Shown here: positions 1 through 13,805 of the stretch, piece by piece
How positions within the stretch are numbered: the stretch's first letter is position 1
Layout: each line of letters begins with the position of its first letter
Assembly: GCF_003334315.1 (NCBI RefSeq)
Contig: NZ_QOWR01000024.1
Strand: one strand, 5' to 3'
DNA length: 64,000 nt
From: Escherichia coli
GTDB taxonomy: Bacteria > Pseudomonadota > Gammaproteobacteria > Enterobacterales > Enterobacteriaceae
Program-made: the position numbers and the translations under genes
The notes under the pieces: model-generated
The model's database searches: none
Seen by the model: the letters and a program-made list of their open reading frames with translations, nothing else
Told to the model about the DNA's origin: nothing

Positions 1-110
1 CCGTTGATCTGGAACGCGTCATGACCGCGCGCAAGAAATATTTTACAACATCGGCGGAGAAGCAAAGTGCTAAAGCCGCCAGGGAGAAAAAGCAGGAGGC
101 TGCTGAATGA
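1..110 (+). CDS. casA: CasA/Cse1 (Cascade large subunit), C-terminal fragment truncated by window start
   Basis: Open frame from position 3 to TGA at 108-110 with no internal stop; stop overlaps casB ATG (ATGA); position upstream of cse2 in type I-E operon. Confidence 0.55.
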   Translation, partial: VDLERVMTARKKYFTTSAEKQSAKAAREKKQEAAE

Positions 111-643
111 GTATTGTAAAAGAGGAGCACAAAGCCACGCTGCGCAAATGGCACGAGGAATTGCAGGAGAAACGTGGCGAACGTGCCAGTCTGCGGCGTA
201 GTACGACGGTTAATGATGTTTGTCTGACGGATGGATTTCGCCTGTTTCTGAAGAACAGACAAATAAAGTGGCAGGATGAACCTGAGTGGCGTATCACCGC
301 ACTGGCGCTGATAGCCGCAGTTAGCGCCAATGTTAAAGCTATTGATGAACGGCAGCCTTTTGCCGCGCAGCTGGCGGCGGTAATGTCAAAGGGGCGTTTT
401 ACTCGTCTGTCGGCAGTAAAAACACCGGATGAATTACTGCGCCAGTTACGCCGCGCAGTCAGATTATTAAACGGTTCCGTCAATCTTGACTCTCTGGCAG
501 AGGGGGTCTTCCGTTGGTGCCAGGAGAGCGACGACCTGCTCAATCATCACCGCCGCCAGCAGCGGCCAACCGAATTTATCCGTATCCGCTGGGCGCTGGA
601 ATATTACCAGGCTGGCGACGCCGATAACGAACAAAATCAATAA
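107..643 (+). CDS. casB: CasB/Cse2 (Cascade small subunit), 178 aa
   Basis: ORF immediately upstream of cas7e/cas5e/cas6e/cas1/cas2; size typical of Cse2; synteny-based call. Confidence 0.75.
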   Translation: MSIVKEEHKATLRKWHEELQEKRGERASLRRSTTVNDVCLTDGFRLFLKNRQIKWQDEPEWRITALALIAAVSANVKAIDERQPFAAQLAAVMSKGRFTRLSAVKTPDELLRQLRRAVRLLNGSVNLDSLAEGVFRWCQESDDLLNHHRRQQRPTEFIRIRWALEYYQAGDADNEQNQ

Positions 644-654
644 AGGACTATCTC

Positions 655-1710
655 ATGACAACATTTATTCAGCTTCATTTGTTAACCGCTTACCCTGCTG
701 CCAACCTTAACCGTGATGATACCGGTGCGCCAAAAACTGTGGTGCTGGGTGGAGCAACGCGTCTGCGCGTTTCCTCGCAAAGTCTGAAATGTGCGTGGCG
801 CACTTCTGCACTTTTTGAACAGGCACTGGCGGGCCATATTGGTATTCGCAGTGGGCGTATTGCGCGTGAGGCGGCAACTATCCTGATTGAGAAAGGAATC
901 GAAGAGAAAAAAGCCATCGAATGGGCGGCAAAAATTGCAGATTATCTTGGGAAAGCTAAAAACGACAAAAAACCAAAAGATCCGCTCACTAACGCCGAAA
1001 CTGAACAGTTAGTCCATATCAGCCCGGCAGAATTTGACGCCGTAAAAGTGCTGGCCCATCAGCTTGCAGAAGAAAAGCGCGCGCCAAAAGAGGAAGATCT
1101 CGCGTTGTTACGCAAAGACCGTATGGCGGTAGATATTGCCATGTTTGGTCGTATGCTGGCGAATAAACCCGAGTTTAATGTTGAAGCCGCCTGCCAGGTA
1201 GCGCACGCATTTGGTGTCAGTGAAATGATTGTCGAAGATGATTTTTTCACCGCCGTTGATGATTTGCGCCAGGCTTCTGAAGATGCCGGTGCCGGGCATC
1301 TTGGTGAAACCGGATTCGGTTCTGCACTGTTCTACACCTATATCTGCATTGATAAAGATCTGCTGGTCGAAAACCTTGGCGGTGACGAAGCGTTAGCTAA
1401 TCAGACCATACGTGCCTTTACGGAAGCCGCACTTAAAGTCTCCCCAACCGGCAAACAGAACAGCTTTGCCAGCCGTGCCTACGCCTCCTGGGCGCTGGCA
1501 GAAAAAGGCACCGATCAACCGCGTTCTCTGGCGGCAGCTTTCTATGAACCCATTAATGGCACCCGTCAGTTAGAGGTGGCGGTGCAGCGTATTACAACTC
1601 TTCGCGAAAATATGAATACGGTCTACGAACAGAAGACCGATTACGCAAGTTTTGACGTGATGAACAAACAGGGAAGCATGAAGGACGTGCTGGACTTTAT
1701 CTGCGCGTAA
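655..1710 (+). CDS. casC: CasC/Cas7e (Cascade backbone subunit), 351 aa
   Basis: N-terminus MTTFIQLHLLTAYPAANLNRDD typical of Cas7e; operon position. Confidence 0.85.
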   Translation: MTTFIQLHLLTAYPAANLNRDDTGAPKTVVLGGATRLRVSSQSLKCAWRTSALFEQALAGHIGIRSGRIAREAATILIEKGIEEKKAIEWAAKIADYLGKAKNDKKPKDPLTNAETEQLVHISPAEFDAVKVLAHQLAEEKRAPKEEDLALLRKDRMAVDIAMFGRMLANKPEFNVEAACQVAHAFGVSEMIVEDDFFTAVDDLRQASEDAGAGHLGETGFGSALFYTYICIDKDLLVENLGGDEALANQTIRAFTEAALKVSPTGKQNSFASRAYASWALAEKGTDQPRSLAAAFYEPINGTRQLEVAVQRITTLRENMNTVYEQKTDYASFDVMNKQGSMKDVLDFICA

Positions 1711-1720
1711 GGGGCGGCTT

Positions 1721-2467
1721 ATGAGCCAATATCTGATTTTTCAGCTTCATGGGCCGATGGCGTCCTGGGGTGTCGATGCTCCAGGTGAAGTTCGTCATAC
1801 CCATGAACTTCCTTCGCGCTCAGCATTGCTGGGGCTACTGGCTGCCGGGGTAGGGATTCGGCGTGATGATACCGAACGCTTAAACGCGTTTAATCGCCAC
1901 TATTCACTGGTGGTTTGCGCCAGCCGTAACCCGCGCTGGGCACGGGATTATCACACGGTCCAGATGCCAAAAGAGGTGCGTAAAGCACGTTATTTCAGCC
2001 GTCGCGAAGAGTTGAGCGACCCTGAGCTTTTGAGCGCGATTATCTCCCGGCGCGACTACTACACCGATGCCTGGTGGATGGTGGCGGTGGCAACAACCCC
2101 CGATGCGCCTTACAGCCTCGAACAGTTGCAGGACGGTTTACGCCATCCGGTTTTTCCGCTTTATCTGGGGCGAAAAAGTCATCCGCTGGCGTTACCACTT
2201 GCGCCGTTACTGCTCGAAGGCAACGCGTCTGATGTCTTACGTAACGCATACCAACAGTATCAGGATCGTTTCCGCGAACTGAAAGTCTCACTCCCGAAAC
2301 TTCAGGATGAATGCTGGTGGGAAGGGGAGCACGATGGTTTGGTCGCAAGCAAAATATTACGCCGCCGGGATGTTCCTTTAAATCGTCAGCAGTGGCTGTT
2401 TGGGGAACGCACCATCAATCAGGGGCCGTGGCTCAGCAAGGAGGAACCATGTACCTCTCAAGAATAA
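1721..2467 (+). CDS. casD: CasD/Cas5e, 248 aa
   Basis: N-terminus MSQYLIFQLHGPMASWG resembles Cas5e (K-12 CasD MRSYLILRLAGPMQAWG); operon position. Confidence 0.85.
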   Translation: MSQYLIFQLHGPMASWGVDAPGEVRHTHELPSRSALLGLLAAGVGIRRDDTERLNAFNRHYSLVVCASRNPRWARDYHTVQMPKEVRKARYFSRREELSDPELLSAIISRRDYYTDAWWMVAVATTPDAPYSLEQLQDGLRHPVFPLYLGRKSHPLALPLAPLLLEGNASDVLRNAYQQYQDRFRELKVSLPKLQDECWWEGEHDGLVASKILRRRDVPLNRQQWLFGERTINQGPWLSKEEPCTSQE

Positions 2468-3095
2468 CCTTACATACCGGCCAGCTTTCGCCTGCGCAGT
2501 TGCTGCATCTGGTGGATCGCGGTGAATATGTGATGCATCAGTGGTTGTGGGATCTCTTCCCTGGCGGCAAAGAAAGGCAATTTCTTTATCGTCGGGAAGA
2601 ACTCCAGGGCGCGTTTCGCTTTTTTGTCCTCTCGCAGGAACGCCCGGCAGAAAGTGAAACTTTCACCATCGAATGCCGGTCATTTACGCCCGAGCTGAGT
2701 ACCGGACAACAACTTTGTTTCAACCTGCGGGCGAATCCAACAATCTGTAAAGCGGGCAAGCGCCACGATCTGCTGATGGAGGCGAAACGGCAGGTGAGGG
2801 GACAGGCGGAAGGAAGTGATGTCTGGTTGCATCAACAACAGGCGGCGCTGGACTGGCTGGCAGCGCAGGGGGAAAGAAGTGGTTTTACACTACTGGATAC
2901 CTCGGTTGATGCCTACCGACAACAACAACTCCGGCGGGAAAACTCCTGGCAACTGATCCAGTTCAGTAGTGTGGATTATACGGGGATGCTTACGGTCACC
3001 GATCCTGGGTTATTTCTGCAACGTCTCAGTCAGGGGTATGGCAAAAGCCGGGCGTTCGGTTGTGGTCTGATGCTGATCAAACCTGGAGCAGAGGC

Positions 3096-3099
<4 letters not shown>
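2449..3099 (+). CDS. casE: CasE/Cas6e crRNA endoribonuclease, 216 aa
   Basis: Start moved to internal ATG 2449 (MYLSRITLHTG, matches Cas6e N-terminus MYLS...) preceded by AGGAGG at 2438-2443; overlaps casD 3' end. Confidence 0.85.
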
Positions 3100-4309
<1,210 letters not shown>

Positions 4310-4404
4310 GTTATCCGTTCTTTAAAAATAAGGAAATGTTTTAATTTAGTTGGTAGATTGTTGATGCGGAATAAATTTGTTTAAAACAGTTATGTATGCT
4401 TAGT
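4310..4404 (+). promoter_or_regulatory. CRISPR leader (AT-rich, between cas2 stop and first repeat)
   Basis: 95-bp AT-rich segment directly upstream of first repeat, downstream of cas2; standard leader position for I-E arrays. Confidence 0.6.
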
Positions 4405-4921
4405 GTGTTCCCCGCGCCAGCGGGGATAAACCGGAGCGTAGAGATTCTCGAAACCGATCCGGACGGTGTTCCCCGCGCCAGCGGGGATAAACCGAATAAA
4501 TAATAATCCAGTAGCCCCATGTATTAGTGTTCCCCGCGCCAGCGGGTATAAACCGGTAATAAAAAATATTCTATTTCTGCTGAATCAGTGTTCCCCGCGC
4601 CAGCGGGGATAAACCGCTTGCGAGCAAAAGATCCAGGCCGAGAAAGACGTGTTCCCCGCGCCAGCGGGGATAAACCGCGATAACCGCGTCAGTATTGGAC
4701 AGGATATCAGTGTTCCCCGCGCCAGCGGGGATAAACCGAATCTATTGTGAATTTGAAATGGTCCAGCACTGTGTTCCCCGCGCCAGCGGGGATAAACCGG
4801 GTAAAAACACGGTCTGAACCGACATTCATGTGTGTTCCCCGCGTCAGCGGGGATAAACCGGGCGCACTGGATGCGATGATGGATATCACTTGGAGTTCCC
4901 CGCCCCTGCGGTAGAACTCCC
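4405..4921 (+). CRISPR. Type I-E CRISPR array, 9 repeats (29 bp) and 8 spacers (32 bp each)
   Basis: Repeat GTGTTCCCCGCGCCAGCGGGGATAAACCG starting at 4405, 4466, 4527, 4588, 4649, 4710, 4771, 4832, plus degenerate terminal copy GAGTTCCCCGCCCCTGCGGTAGAACTCCC at 4893; period 61 bp; single-base variants in repeat 3 (GGGTATAAA) and repeat 8 (GCGTCAG). Confidence 0.97.
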
Positions 4922-4941
4922 AACTCCCATTTTCATACCCA

Positions 4942-5979
4942 TCAAGACGCCTTCGCCAGCTCCTTCACCAGCGGTAGCATTATCCGCATAACATCACGGC
5001 AGCGACGTTCTATTCTTCCTGGAAGTGCCTTATCAATATGTTGTTGATTATCCAGTCTTACGTCATGCCAGCTATTTCCCGCAGGGAATGCAGCTGTTTT
5101 TGCGCGTTGCTGATAACCATCCTTATTCCCAAGATTCCAATTTGTTGCTTCTACCGAAAGTACGGCAATACCGGCTTTGTCGAAAACTTCGGCGTCATTA
5201 CAACAGCCAGTACCCTTCGGATAATTTTTATTCAAACCCGGATTGGTCGTTGCGGCAATTCCATGACTACGCGCAATTGCCAGTGCCCTGTCGCGCGTTA
5301 ATTTCCTTACTGCTTCAGGGGTTTTTACACCACTGTTGAAATACAATTTATCGCCAACAATTAAGTTATCGAGATTAATCACCAGCAGCGTATTTTTCTT
5401 TTCGGTGTCACTCATCCGCTTGAGTAAATTCTCAGCGCCTAATTTCCCTTCCTCTTCACCGCTGGTCGCTACAAATCGAATACCATACTCGGTAGGCGTA
5501 TTTTTCAGGCGTTCTGCCAATTCCAGCATGACACCTAAACCTGCGGCGTTATCATCCATTCCTTGTAACGTCAGCCCGCCGAGATTGGCATCGGCGTCAG
5601 CATCGCTCAGCGGGGCGTAAGTATCCAGATGCGCCATAATGATGATCTGCTGCGGCGCTTTGCCTTCATGAGCGGCAATCACCGTACTTCCCGTCACGTT
5701 ATGCCAGCTCTTACGATTATCGCGGGCGGTATAAATATACCGACTATTAAATGTCCGAATATCACTGCGATAACCCATTTGCTGAAACTGTTGGCGAATA
5801 TAATCGGCAGATAACATTTCTGCAGGAGTTCCGGTCATGCGTCCCGGAAAGAAAGTAGCAATATGTCGTGCCTGAGTATTAGCAAAATCGCCAGGTTTAG
5901 GTGACGAGGCGTGTACGGGGAGAATAAAGCATACGCCGAGCGCCAGGGCAGCGGTACGGTGGCGCAATGCGGAAAACAT
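4942..5979 (-). CDS. iap: Alkaline phosphatase isozyme conversion aminopeptidase, 345 aa
   Basis: Protein MFSALRHRTAALALGVCF... and length match Iap; position between CRISPR array and cysD. Confidence 0.9.
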   Translation of the reverse strand: MFSALRHRTAALALGVCFILPVHASSPKPGDFANTQARHIATFFPGRMTGTPAEMLSADYIRQQFQQMGYRSDIRTFNSRYIYTARDNRKSWHNVTGSTVIAAHEGKAPQQIIIMAHLDTYAPLSDADADANLGGLTLQGMDDNAAGLGVMLELAERLKNTPTEYGIRFVATSGEEEGKLGAENLLKRMSDTEKKNTLLVINLDNLIVGDKLYFNSGVKTPEAVRKLTRDRALAIARSHGIAATTNPGLNKNYPKGTGCCNDAEVFDKAGIAVLSVEATNWNLGNKDGYQQRAKTAAFPAGNSWHDVRLDNQQHIDKALPGRIERRCRDVMRIMLPLVKELAKAS

Positions 5980-6230
5980 AGTGAGTCCTTAAATACCATG
6001 CAAATTTTTTTACCGCCATAGTATGAAACTGCCGCTGCGCTAAAACAATTTCAAATCTTCCTAAACGCCCGAAATCCGGTGCCTTAAGCACTTTTTGATA
6101 TTAGCTTTGCCAAATCGTTATTCCGTTAAGGAACTACTCATTCTAATTGGTAATTTCATTCGTTCTCTTACGCTCCCTATAGTCGAAACATCTGATGGCA
6201 AGAAAATAGCGGTATTGCAAAGGAACGGTT

Positions 6231-7139
6231 ATGGATCAAATACGACTTACTCACCTGCGGCAACTGGAGGCGGAAAGCATCCACATTATTCGCGAGGTGG
6301 CGGCAGAATTCTCAAATCCGGTGATGCTCTACTCTATCGGTAAAGATTCCAGCGTCATGCTGCATCTGGCGCGCAAGGCGTTTTATCCAGGTACGCTGCC
6401 TTTCCCGTTGCTGCATGTCGATACCGGCTGGAAATTCCGCGAGATGTATGAGTTCCGCGATCGTACGGCGAAAGCCTACGGCTGCGAGCTGCTGGTGCAT
6501 AAAAACCCGGAAGGCGTGGCGATGGGGATTAATCCATTCGTGCACGGCAGCGCGAAACATACCGATATTATGAAAACTGAAGGCCTGAAACAGGCGCTGA
6601 ACAAATACGGTTTTGATGCCGCCTTCGGTGGTGCGCGCCGTGACGAAGAGAAATCCCGCGCTAAAGAGCGAATCTACTCTTTCCGTGACCGCTTCCATCG
6701 CTGGGATCCGAAAAATCAGCGCCCAGAGCTGTGGCACAACTACAACGGGCAAATTAACAAAGGCGAAAGCATCCGCGTCTTCCCGCTCTCTAACTGGACC
6801 GAGCAGGATATCTGGCAATACATCTGGCTGGAAAATATCGACATTGTGCCGCTGTATCTCGCTGCGGAACGTCCGGTTCTGGAACGCGACGGTATGTTGA
6901 TGATGATTGATGACAACCGTATCGACCTGCAACCGGGCGAAGTGATTAAAAAACGGATGGTGCGTTTCCGTACGCTGGGCTGCTGGCCGCTGACCGGTGC
7001 GGTGGAGTCAAATGCACAAACACTACCGGAGATCATCGAAGAGATGCTGGTTTCTACCACCAGTGAACGTCAGGGCCGCGTGATTGACCGCGACCAGGCG
7101 GGGTCTATGGAGCTGAAAAAACGTCAGGGGTATTTTTAA
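6231..7139 (+). CDS. cysD: Sulfate adenylyltransferase subunit 2, 302 aa
   Basis: [27 protein letters not shown]... PAPS-reductase-like fold; length and sequence match CysD. Confidence 0.95.
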   Translation: MDQIRLTHLRQLEAESIHIIREVAAEFSNPVMLYSIGKDSSVMLHLARKAFYPGTLPFPLLHVDTGWKFREMYEFRDRTAKAYGCELLVHKNPEGVAMGINPFVHGSAKHTDIMKTEGLKQALNKYGFDAAFGGARRDEEKSRAKERIYSFRDRFHRWDPKNQRPELWHNYNGQINKGESIRVFPLSNWTEQDIWQYIWLENIDIVPLYLAAERPVLERDGMLMMIDDNRIDLQPGEVIKKRMVRFRTLGCWPLTGAVESNAQTLPEIIEEMLVSTTSERQGRVIDRDQAGSMELKKRQGYF

Positions 7140-7140
7140 G

Positions 7141-8568
7141 ATGAACACCGCACTTGCACAACAAATCGCCAATGAAGGCGGCGTCGAAGCCTGGATGATT
7201 GCGCAACAACATAAAAGCCTGCTGCGTTTTCTGACCTGTGGTAGCGTCGATGACGGCAAAAGTACCCTGATTGGTCGCCTGCTGCACGATACCCGCCAAA
7301 TCTACGAAGATCAGCTCTCATCGCTGCATAACGACAGTAAACGTCACGGCACCCAGGGCGAAAAGCTGGATCTGGCACTGCTGGTGGACGGCCTGCAAGC
7401 TGAGCGCGAACAGGGCATCACCATTGACGTGGCTTACCGCTATTTCTCTACCGAGAAGCGTAAATTTATTATCGCCGACACCCCAGGGCACGAGCAGTAC
7501 ACCCGCAATATGGCGACTGGCGCATCGACATGTGAACTGGCGATCTTACTGATCGATGCCCGTAAAGGCGTGCTCGATCAAACCCGTCGTCACAGTTTTA
7601 TCTCCACACTGTTGGGGATCAAACATCTGGTCGTGGCGATCAACAAAATGGATCTGGTGGATTACAGTGAAAAGACGTTCACCCGTATTCGTGAAGATTA
7701 TCTGACCTTTGCCGGGCAGCTGCCGGGTAATCTGGATATCCGCTTTGTGCCGCTCTCTGCACTGGAAGGCGACAACGTGGCTTCGCAAAGTGAAAGTATG
7801 GCGTGGTACAGCGGTCCAACACTGCTCGAAGTGCTGGAAACCGTGGAGATCCAGCGAGTGGTGGATGCTCAGCCAATGCGCTTCCCGGTGCAGTACGTTA
7901 ATCGCCCGAATCTCGATTTTCGTGGTTACGCCGGAACGCTGGCATCCGGTCGCGTAGAAGTCGGGCAACGAGTCAAAGTGCTGCCCTCTGGTGTGGAATC
8001 AAACGTCGCCCGGATCGTGACTTTTGATGGCGATCGCGAAGAAGCCTTTGCCGGAGAAGCGATCACCCTGGTGCTGACGGATGAGATCGACATCAGCCGT
8101 GGCGATCTGCTGCTGGCGGCAGACGAAGCGTTACCAGCTGTGCAGAGCGCGTCGGTGGATGTGGTATGGATGGCGGAACAGCCGCTTTCCCCGGGCCAGA
8201 GTTATGACATCAAAATTGCCGGTAAGAAGACGCGTGCTCGTGTTGATGGCATTCGTTATCAGGTTGATATTAATAACCTTACCCAACGCGAAGTTGAAAA
8301 CCTGCCGCTGAACGGCATCGGCCTGGTGGATCTCACTTTTGACGAGCCACTGGTGTTAGATCGTTATCAGCAAAACCCGGTTACCGGTGGGCTGATTTTT
8401 ATCGATCGCCTGAGCAATGTGACCGTAGGTGCCGGTATGGTGCATGAGCCAGTTAGCCAGGCAACTGCTGCGCCATCTGAATTTAGTGCATTCGAACTGG
8501 AATTGAATGCCCTGGTTCGCCGCCACTTTCCACACTGGGGCGCGCGCGATTTGCTGGGGGATAAATAA
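7141..8568 (+). CDS. cysN: Sulfate adenylyltransferase subunit 1 (GTPase), 475 aa
   Basis: GTP-binding motifs [18 protein letters not shown]; matches CysN. Confidence 0.95.
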   Translation: MNTALAQQIANEGGVEAWMIAQQHKSLLRFLTCGSVDDGKSTLIGRLLHDTRQIYEDQLSSLHNDSKRHGTQGEKLDLALLVDGLQAEREQGITIDVAYRYFSTEKRKFIIADTPGHEQYTRNMATGASTCELAILLIDARKGVLDQTRRHSFISTLLGIKHLVVAINKMDLVDYSEKTFTRIREDYLTFAGQLPGNLDIRFVPLSALEGDNVASQSESMAWYSGPTLLEVLETVEIQRVVDAQPMRFPVQYVNRPNLDFRGYAGTLASGRVEVGQRVKVLPSGVESNVARIVTFDGDREEAFAGEAITLVLTDEIDISRGDLLLAADEALPAVQSASVDVVWMAEQPLSPGQSYDIKIAGKKTRARVDGIRYQVDINNLTQREVENLPLNGIGLVDLTFDEPLVLDRYQQNPVTGGLIFIDRLSNVTVGAGMVHEPVSQATAAPSEFSAFELELNALVRRHFPHWGARDLLGDK

Positions 8569-9173
8569 TGGCGCTGCATGACGAAAACGTCGTCTGGCAT
8601 AGCCATCCGGTCACTGTGCAACAACGCGAGCTACACCACGGTCATCGTGGTGTAGTGCTGTGGTTTACCGGCCTCTCCGGGTCCGGTAAATCAACGGTCG
8701 CCGGGGCGCTGGAGGAGGCGTTACATAAACTCGGCGTCAGTACGTATCTGCTGGATGGCGATAATGTTCGCCACGGATTATGCAGCGATCTCGGTTTTAG
8801 CGATGCCGATCGTAAAGAGAATATCCGTCGCGTCGGTGAAGTGGCGAATTTGATGGTTGAAGCCGGACTGGTGGTGCTGACCGCATTTATCTCGCCACAC
8901 CGCGCCGAACGCCAGATGGTTCGTGAACGCGTAGGAGAAGGGCGCTTTATCGAAGTGTTTGTCGATACGCCGCTGGCGATTTGCGAAGCCCGCGATCCAA
9001 AAGGCTTATATAAGAAAGCGCGTGCCGGTGAACTGCGCTACTTTACGGGAATAGATTCCGTTTACGAAGCGCCTGAATCGGCAGAAATTCATCTCAATGG
9101 TGAACAATTAGTAACAAATTTGGTACAGCAATTATTAGATCTGTTGAGACAGAACGATATTATCAGATCCTGA
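8568..9173 (+). CDS. cysC: Adenylylsulfate (APS) kinase, 201 aa
   Basis: P-loop GLSGSGKST; overlaps cysN stop; matches CysC. Confidence 0.95.
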   Translation: MALHDENVVWHSHPVTVQQRELHHGHRGVVLWFTGLSGSGKSTVAGALEEALHKLGVSTYLLDGDNVRHGLCSDLGFSDADRKENIRRVGEVANLMVEAGLVVLTAFISPHRAERQMVRERVGEGRFIEVFVDTPLAICEARDPKGLYKKARAGELRYFTGIDSVYEAPESAEIHLNGEQLVTNLVQQLLDLLRQNDIIRS

Positions 9174-9222
9174 GACACCACCGGGTTTCCATGCCCGGTT
9201 CGTCAAAGTAACAGGATCAAAT

Positions 9223-9546
9223 ATGCGTAATAGCCATAACATTACACTAACAAATAACGACAGCCTTACTGAGGATGAAGAAACCACATGGTCACTGCCT
9301 GGTGCCGTGGTCGGTTTTATCTCCTGGTTATTTGCGCTGGCGATGCCGATGTTGATTTATGGCTCTAACACGCTGTTCTTCTTTATCTACACCTGGCCTT
9401 TCTTTCTTGCGCTGATGCCCGTCGCGGTAGTGGTGGGGATTGCGCTGCATTCATTGATGGACGGAAAGCTACGCTACAGTATTGTTTTCACCCTGGTGAC
9501 AGTAGGCATTATGTTTGGCGCACTGTTTATGTGGCTACTGGGCTAA
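9223..9546 (+). CDS. ygbE: Small inner-membrane protein YgbE, 107 aa
   Basis: Hydrophobic 107-aa ORF in conserved position between cysC and ftsB. Confidence 0.8.
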   Translation: MRNSHNITLTNNDSLTEDEETTWSLPGAVVGFISWLFALAMPMLIYGSNTLFFFIYTWPFFLALMPVAVVVGIALHSLMDGKLRYSIVFTLVTVGIMFGALFMWLLG

Positions 9547-9739
9547 TTTGTACTTTCCCGTCTCCTCTGTTCATAATTCAAACCGTAACTAATAATGAGA
9601 TTATGTTCTGCACGCCCTGGGTATACGTAACAATGGACAAATGTGGTACATTTGCCCGCGTTGTCGCGGTATCCCCAACAGAGGATGTAGAGTCGTCTTC
9701 GGATGCATGGGATGATGATGCCGTTTTTCAGGGGGCAGG

Positions 9740-10051
9740 ATGGGTAAACTAACGCTGCTGTTGCTGGCTATTCTGGTCTGGCTACAGTATTCGCTGTGGT
9801 TCGGTAAGAACGGTATACATGACTATACCCGCGTCAATGATGATGTGGCGGCACAGCAAGCTACAAACGCGAAACTTAAAGCGCGAAACGATCAACTTTT
9901 TGCCGAAATTGACGATCTCAATGGCGGCCAGGAGGCGCTCGAAGAGCGTGCGCGTAATGAACTCAGCATGACCAGGCCGGGCGAAACTTTTTATCGTCTG
10001 GTGCCTGACGCGTCGAAGCGCGCACAGTCTGCGGGGCAAAACAATCGATAA
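9740..10051 (+). CDS. ftsB: Cell division protein FtsB, 103 aa
   Basis: [29 protein letters not shown]... matches FtsB. Confidence 0.92.
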
Positions 10052-10069
10052 ATCAGCCCGGGAATTAAC

Positions 10070-10780
10070 ATGGCAACCACTCATTTGGATGTTTGCGCCG
10101 TGGTTCCGGCGGCCGGATTTGGCCGTCGAATGCAAACGGAATGTCCTAAGCAATATCTCTCAATCGGTAATCAAACCATTCTTGAACACTCGGTGCATGC
10201 GCTGCTGGCGCATCCCCGGGTGAAACGAGTCGTCATTGCCATAAGTCCTGGCGATAGCCGTTTTGCACAACTTCCTCTGGCGAATCATCCGCAAATCACC
10301 GTTGTAGATGGCGGTGATGAGCGTGCCGATTCCGTGCTGGCAGGTCTGAAAGCCGCTGGCGACGCGCAGTGGGTATTGGTGCATGACGCCGCTCGTCCTT
10401 GTTTGCATCAGGATGACCTCGCGCGATTGTTGGCGTTGAGCGAAACCAGCCGCACGGGGGGGATCCTCGCCGCACCAGTGCGCGATACTATGAAACGTGC
10501 CGAACCGGGCAAAAATGCCATTGCTCATACCGTTGATCGCAACGGCTTATGGCACGCGCTGACGCCGCAATTTTTCCCTCGTGAGCTGTTACATGACTGT
10601 CTGACGCGCGCTCTAAATGAAGGCGCGACTATTACCGACGAAGCCTCGGCGCTGGAATATTGCGGATTCCATCCTCAGTTGGTCGAAGGCCGTGCGGATA
10701 ACATTAAAGTCACGCGCCCGGAAGATTTGGCACTGGCCGAGTTTTACCTCACCCGAACCATCCATCAGGAGAATACATAA
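10070..10780 (+). CDS. ispD: 2-C-methyl-D-erythritol 4-phosphate cytidylyltransferase, 236 aa
   Basis: Sequence and length match IspD; followed by overlapping ispF. Confidence 0.95.
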
Positions 10781-11259
10781 TGCGAATTGGACACGGTTTT
10801 GACGTACATGCCTTTGGCGGTGAAGGCCCAATTATCATTGGTGGCGTACGCATTCCTTACGAAAAAGGATTGCTGGCGCATTCTGATGGCGACGTGGCGC
10901 TCCATGCGTTGACCGATGCATTGCTTGGCGCGGCGGCGCTGGGGGATATCGGCAAGCTGTTCCCGGATACCGATCCGGCATTTAAAGGTGCCGATAGCCG
11001 CGAGCTGCTACGCGAAGCCTGGCGTCGTATTCAGGCGAAGGGTTATACCCTTGGCAACGTCGATGTCACTATCATCGCTCAGGCACCGAAGATGTTGCCG
11101 CACATTCCACAAATGCGCGTGTTTATTGCCGAAGATCTCGGCTGCCATATGGATGATGTTAACGTGAAAGCCACTACTACGGAAAAACTGGGATTTACCG
11201 GACGTGGGGAAGGGATTGCCTGTGAAGCGGTGGCGCTACTCATTAAGGCAACAAAATGA
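10780..11259 (+). CDS. ispF: 2-C-methyl-D-erythritol 2,4-cyclodiphosphate synthase, 159 aa
   Basis: [39 protein letters not shown]... matches IspF. Confidence 0.95.
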
Positions 11260-12285
11260 TTGAGTTTGATAATCTCACTTACCTCCACGGTAAACCGCAA
11301 GGCACCGGGCTGCTGAAAGCCAATCCGGAAGACTTTGTGGTGGTGGAAGATTTGGGCTTTGAGCCTGATGGTGAAGGTGAGCATATTCTGGTTAGAATCC
11401 TCAAAAACGGCTGCAATACCCGTTTTGTGGCGGATGCACTGGCGAAATTCCTGAAAATTCATGCCCGTGAAGTCAGCTTCGCTGGGCAAAAAGACAAACA
11501 TGCTGTTACGGAACAGTGGTTATGCGCTCGCGTGCCGGGCAAGGAAATGCCCGATCTGAGCGCCTTTCAACTGGAAGGCTGCCAGGTGCTGGAGTATGCG
11601 CGGCACAAGCGCAAGCTGCGTTTAGGCGCGCTGAAAGGTAACGCCTTTACCCTGGTTCTGCGCGAAGTGAGCAATCGCGATGACGTTGAACAACGTCTGA
11701 TCGATATTTGCGTAAAAGGTGTACCGAACTACTTCGGTGCCCAACGTTTTGGGATTGGCGGTAGCAACTTGCAGGGGGCGCAGCGCTGGGCGCAAACCAA
11801 TACTCCGGTGCGCGATCGCAATAAACGGAGTTTTTGGTTGTCGGCAGCCCGCAGTGCGTTGTTTAATCAGATTGTTGCTGAGCGCCTCAAAAAAGCAGAC
11901 GTTAATCAAGTTGTTGACGGCGATGCGCTACAATTAGCCGGACGTGGTAGCTGGTTTGTAGCAACCACCGAAGAACTGGCGGAATTACAGCGTCGCGTCA
12001 ACGATAAAGAGTTGATGATAACCGCCGCATTGCCAGGCAGTGGCGAATGGGGAACTCAGCGTGAAGCGCTGGCATTCGAACAAGCAGCTGTCGCCGCAGA
12101 AACTGAATTACAAGCTTTACTGGTGCGCGAAAAAGTTGAAGCCGCGCGCAGAGCGATGCTGCTGTATCCGCAACAATTAAGCTGGAATTGGTGGGATGAC
12201 GTCACCGTAGAGATCCGTTTCTGGCTTCCGGCGGGTAGTTTTGCAACCAGCGTTGTCAGGGAACTTATCAACACAACAGGTGATT

Positions 12286-12305
<20 letters not shown>
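11256..12305 (+). CDS. truD: tRNA pseudouridine(13) synthase, 349 aa
   Basis: Length and sequence match TruD; operon position. Confidence 0.92.
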
Positions 12306-13667
<1,362 letters not shown>

Positions 13668-13805
13668 AACGTGAGGAAATACCTGGATTTTTCCTGGTTA
13701 TTTTGCCGCAGGTCAGCGTATCGTGAACATCTTTTCCAGTGTTCAGTAGGGTGCCTTGCACGGTAATTATGTCACTGGTTATTAACCAATTTTCCTGGGG
13801 GATAA

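Noticed and set aside
4585-4923. 112-aa and 60-aa minus-strand ORFs
   Set aside because: They lie within the CRISPR array and are generated by the periodic repeat (recurring PRWRGEH peptide); not coding.
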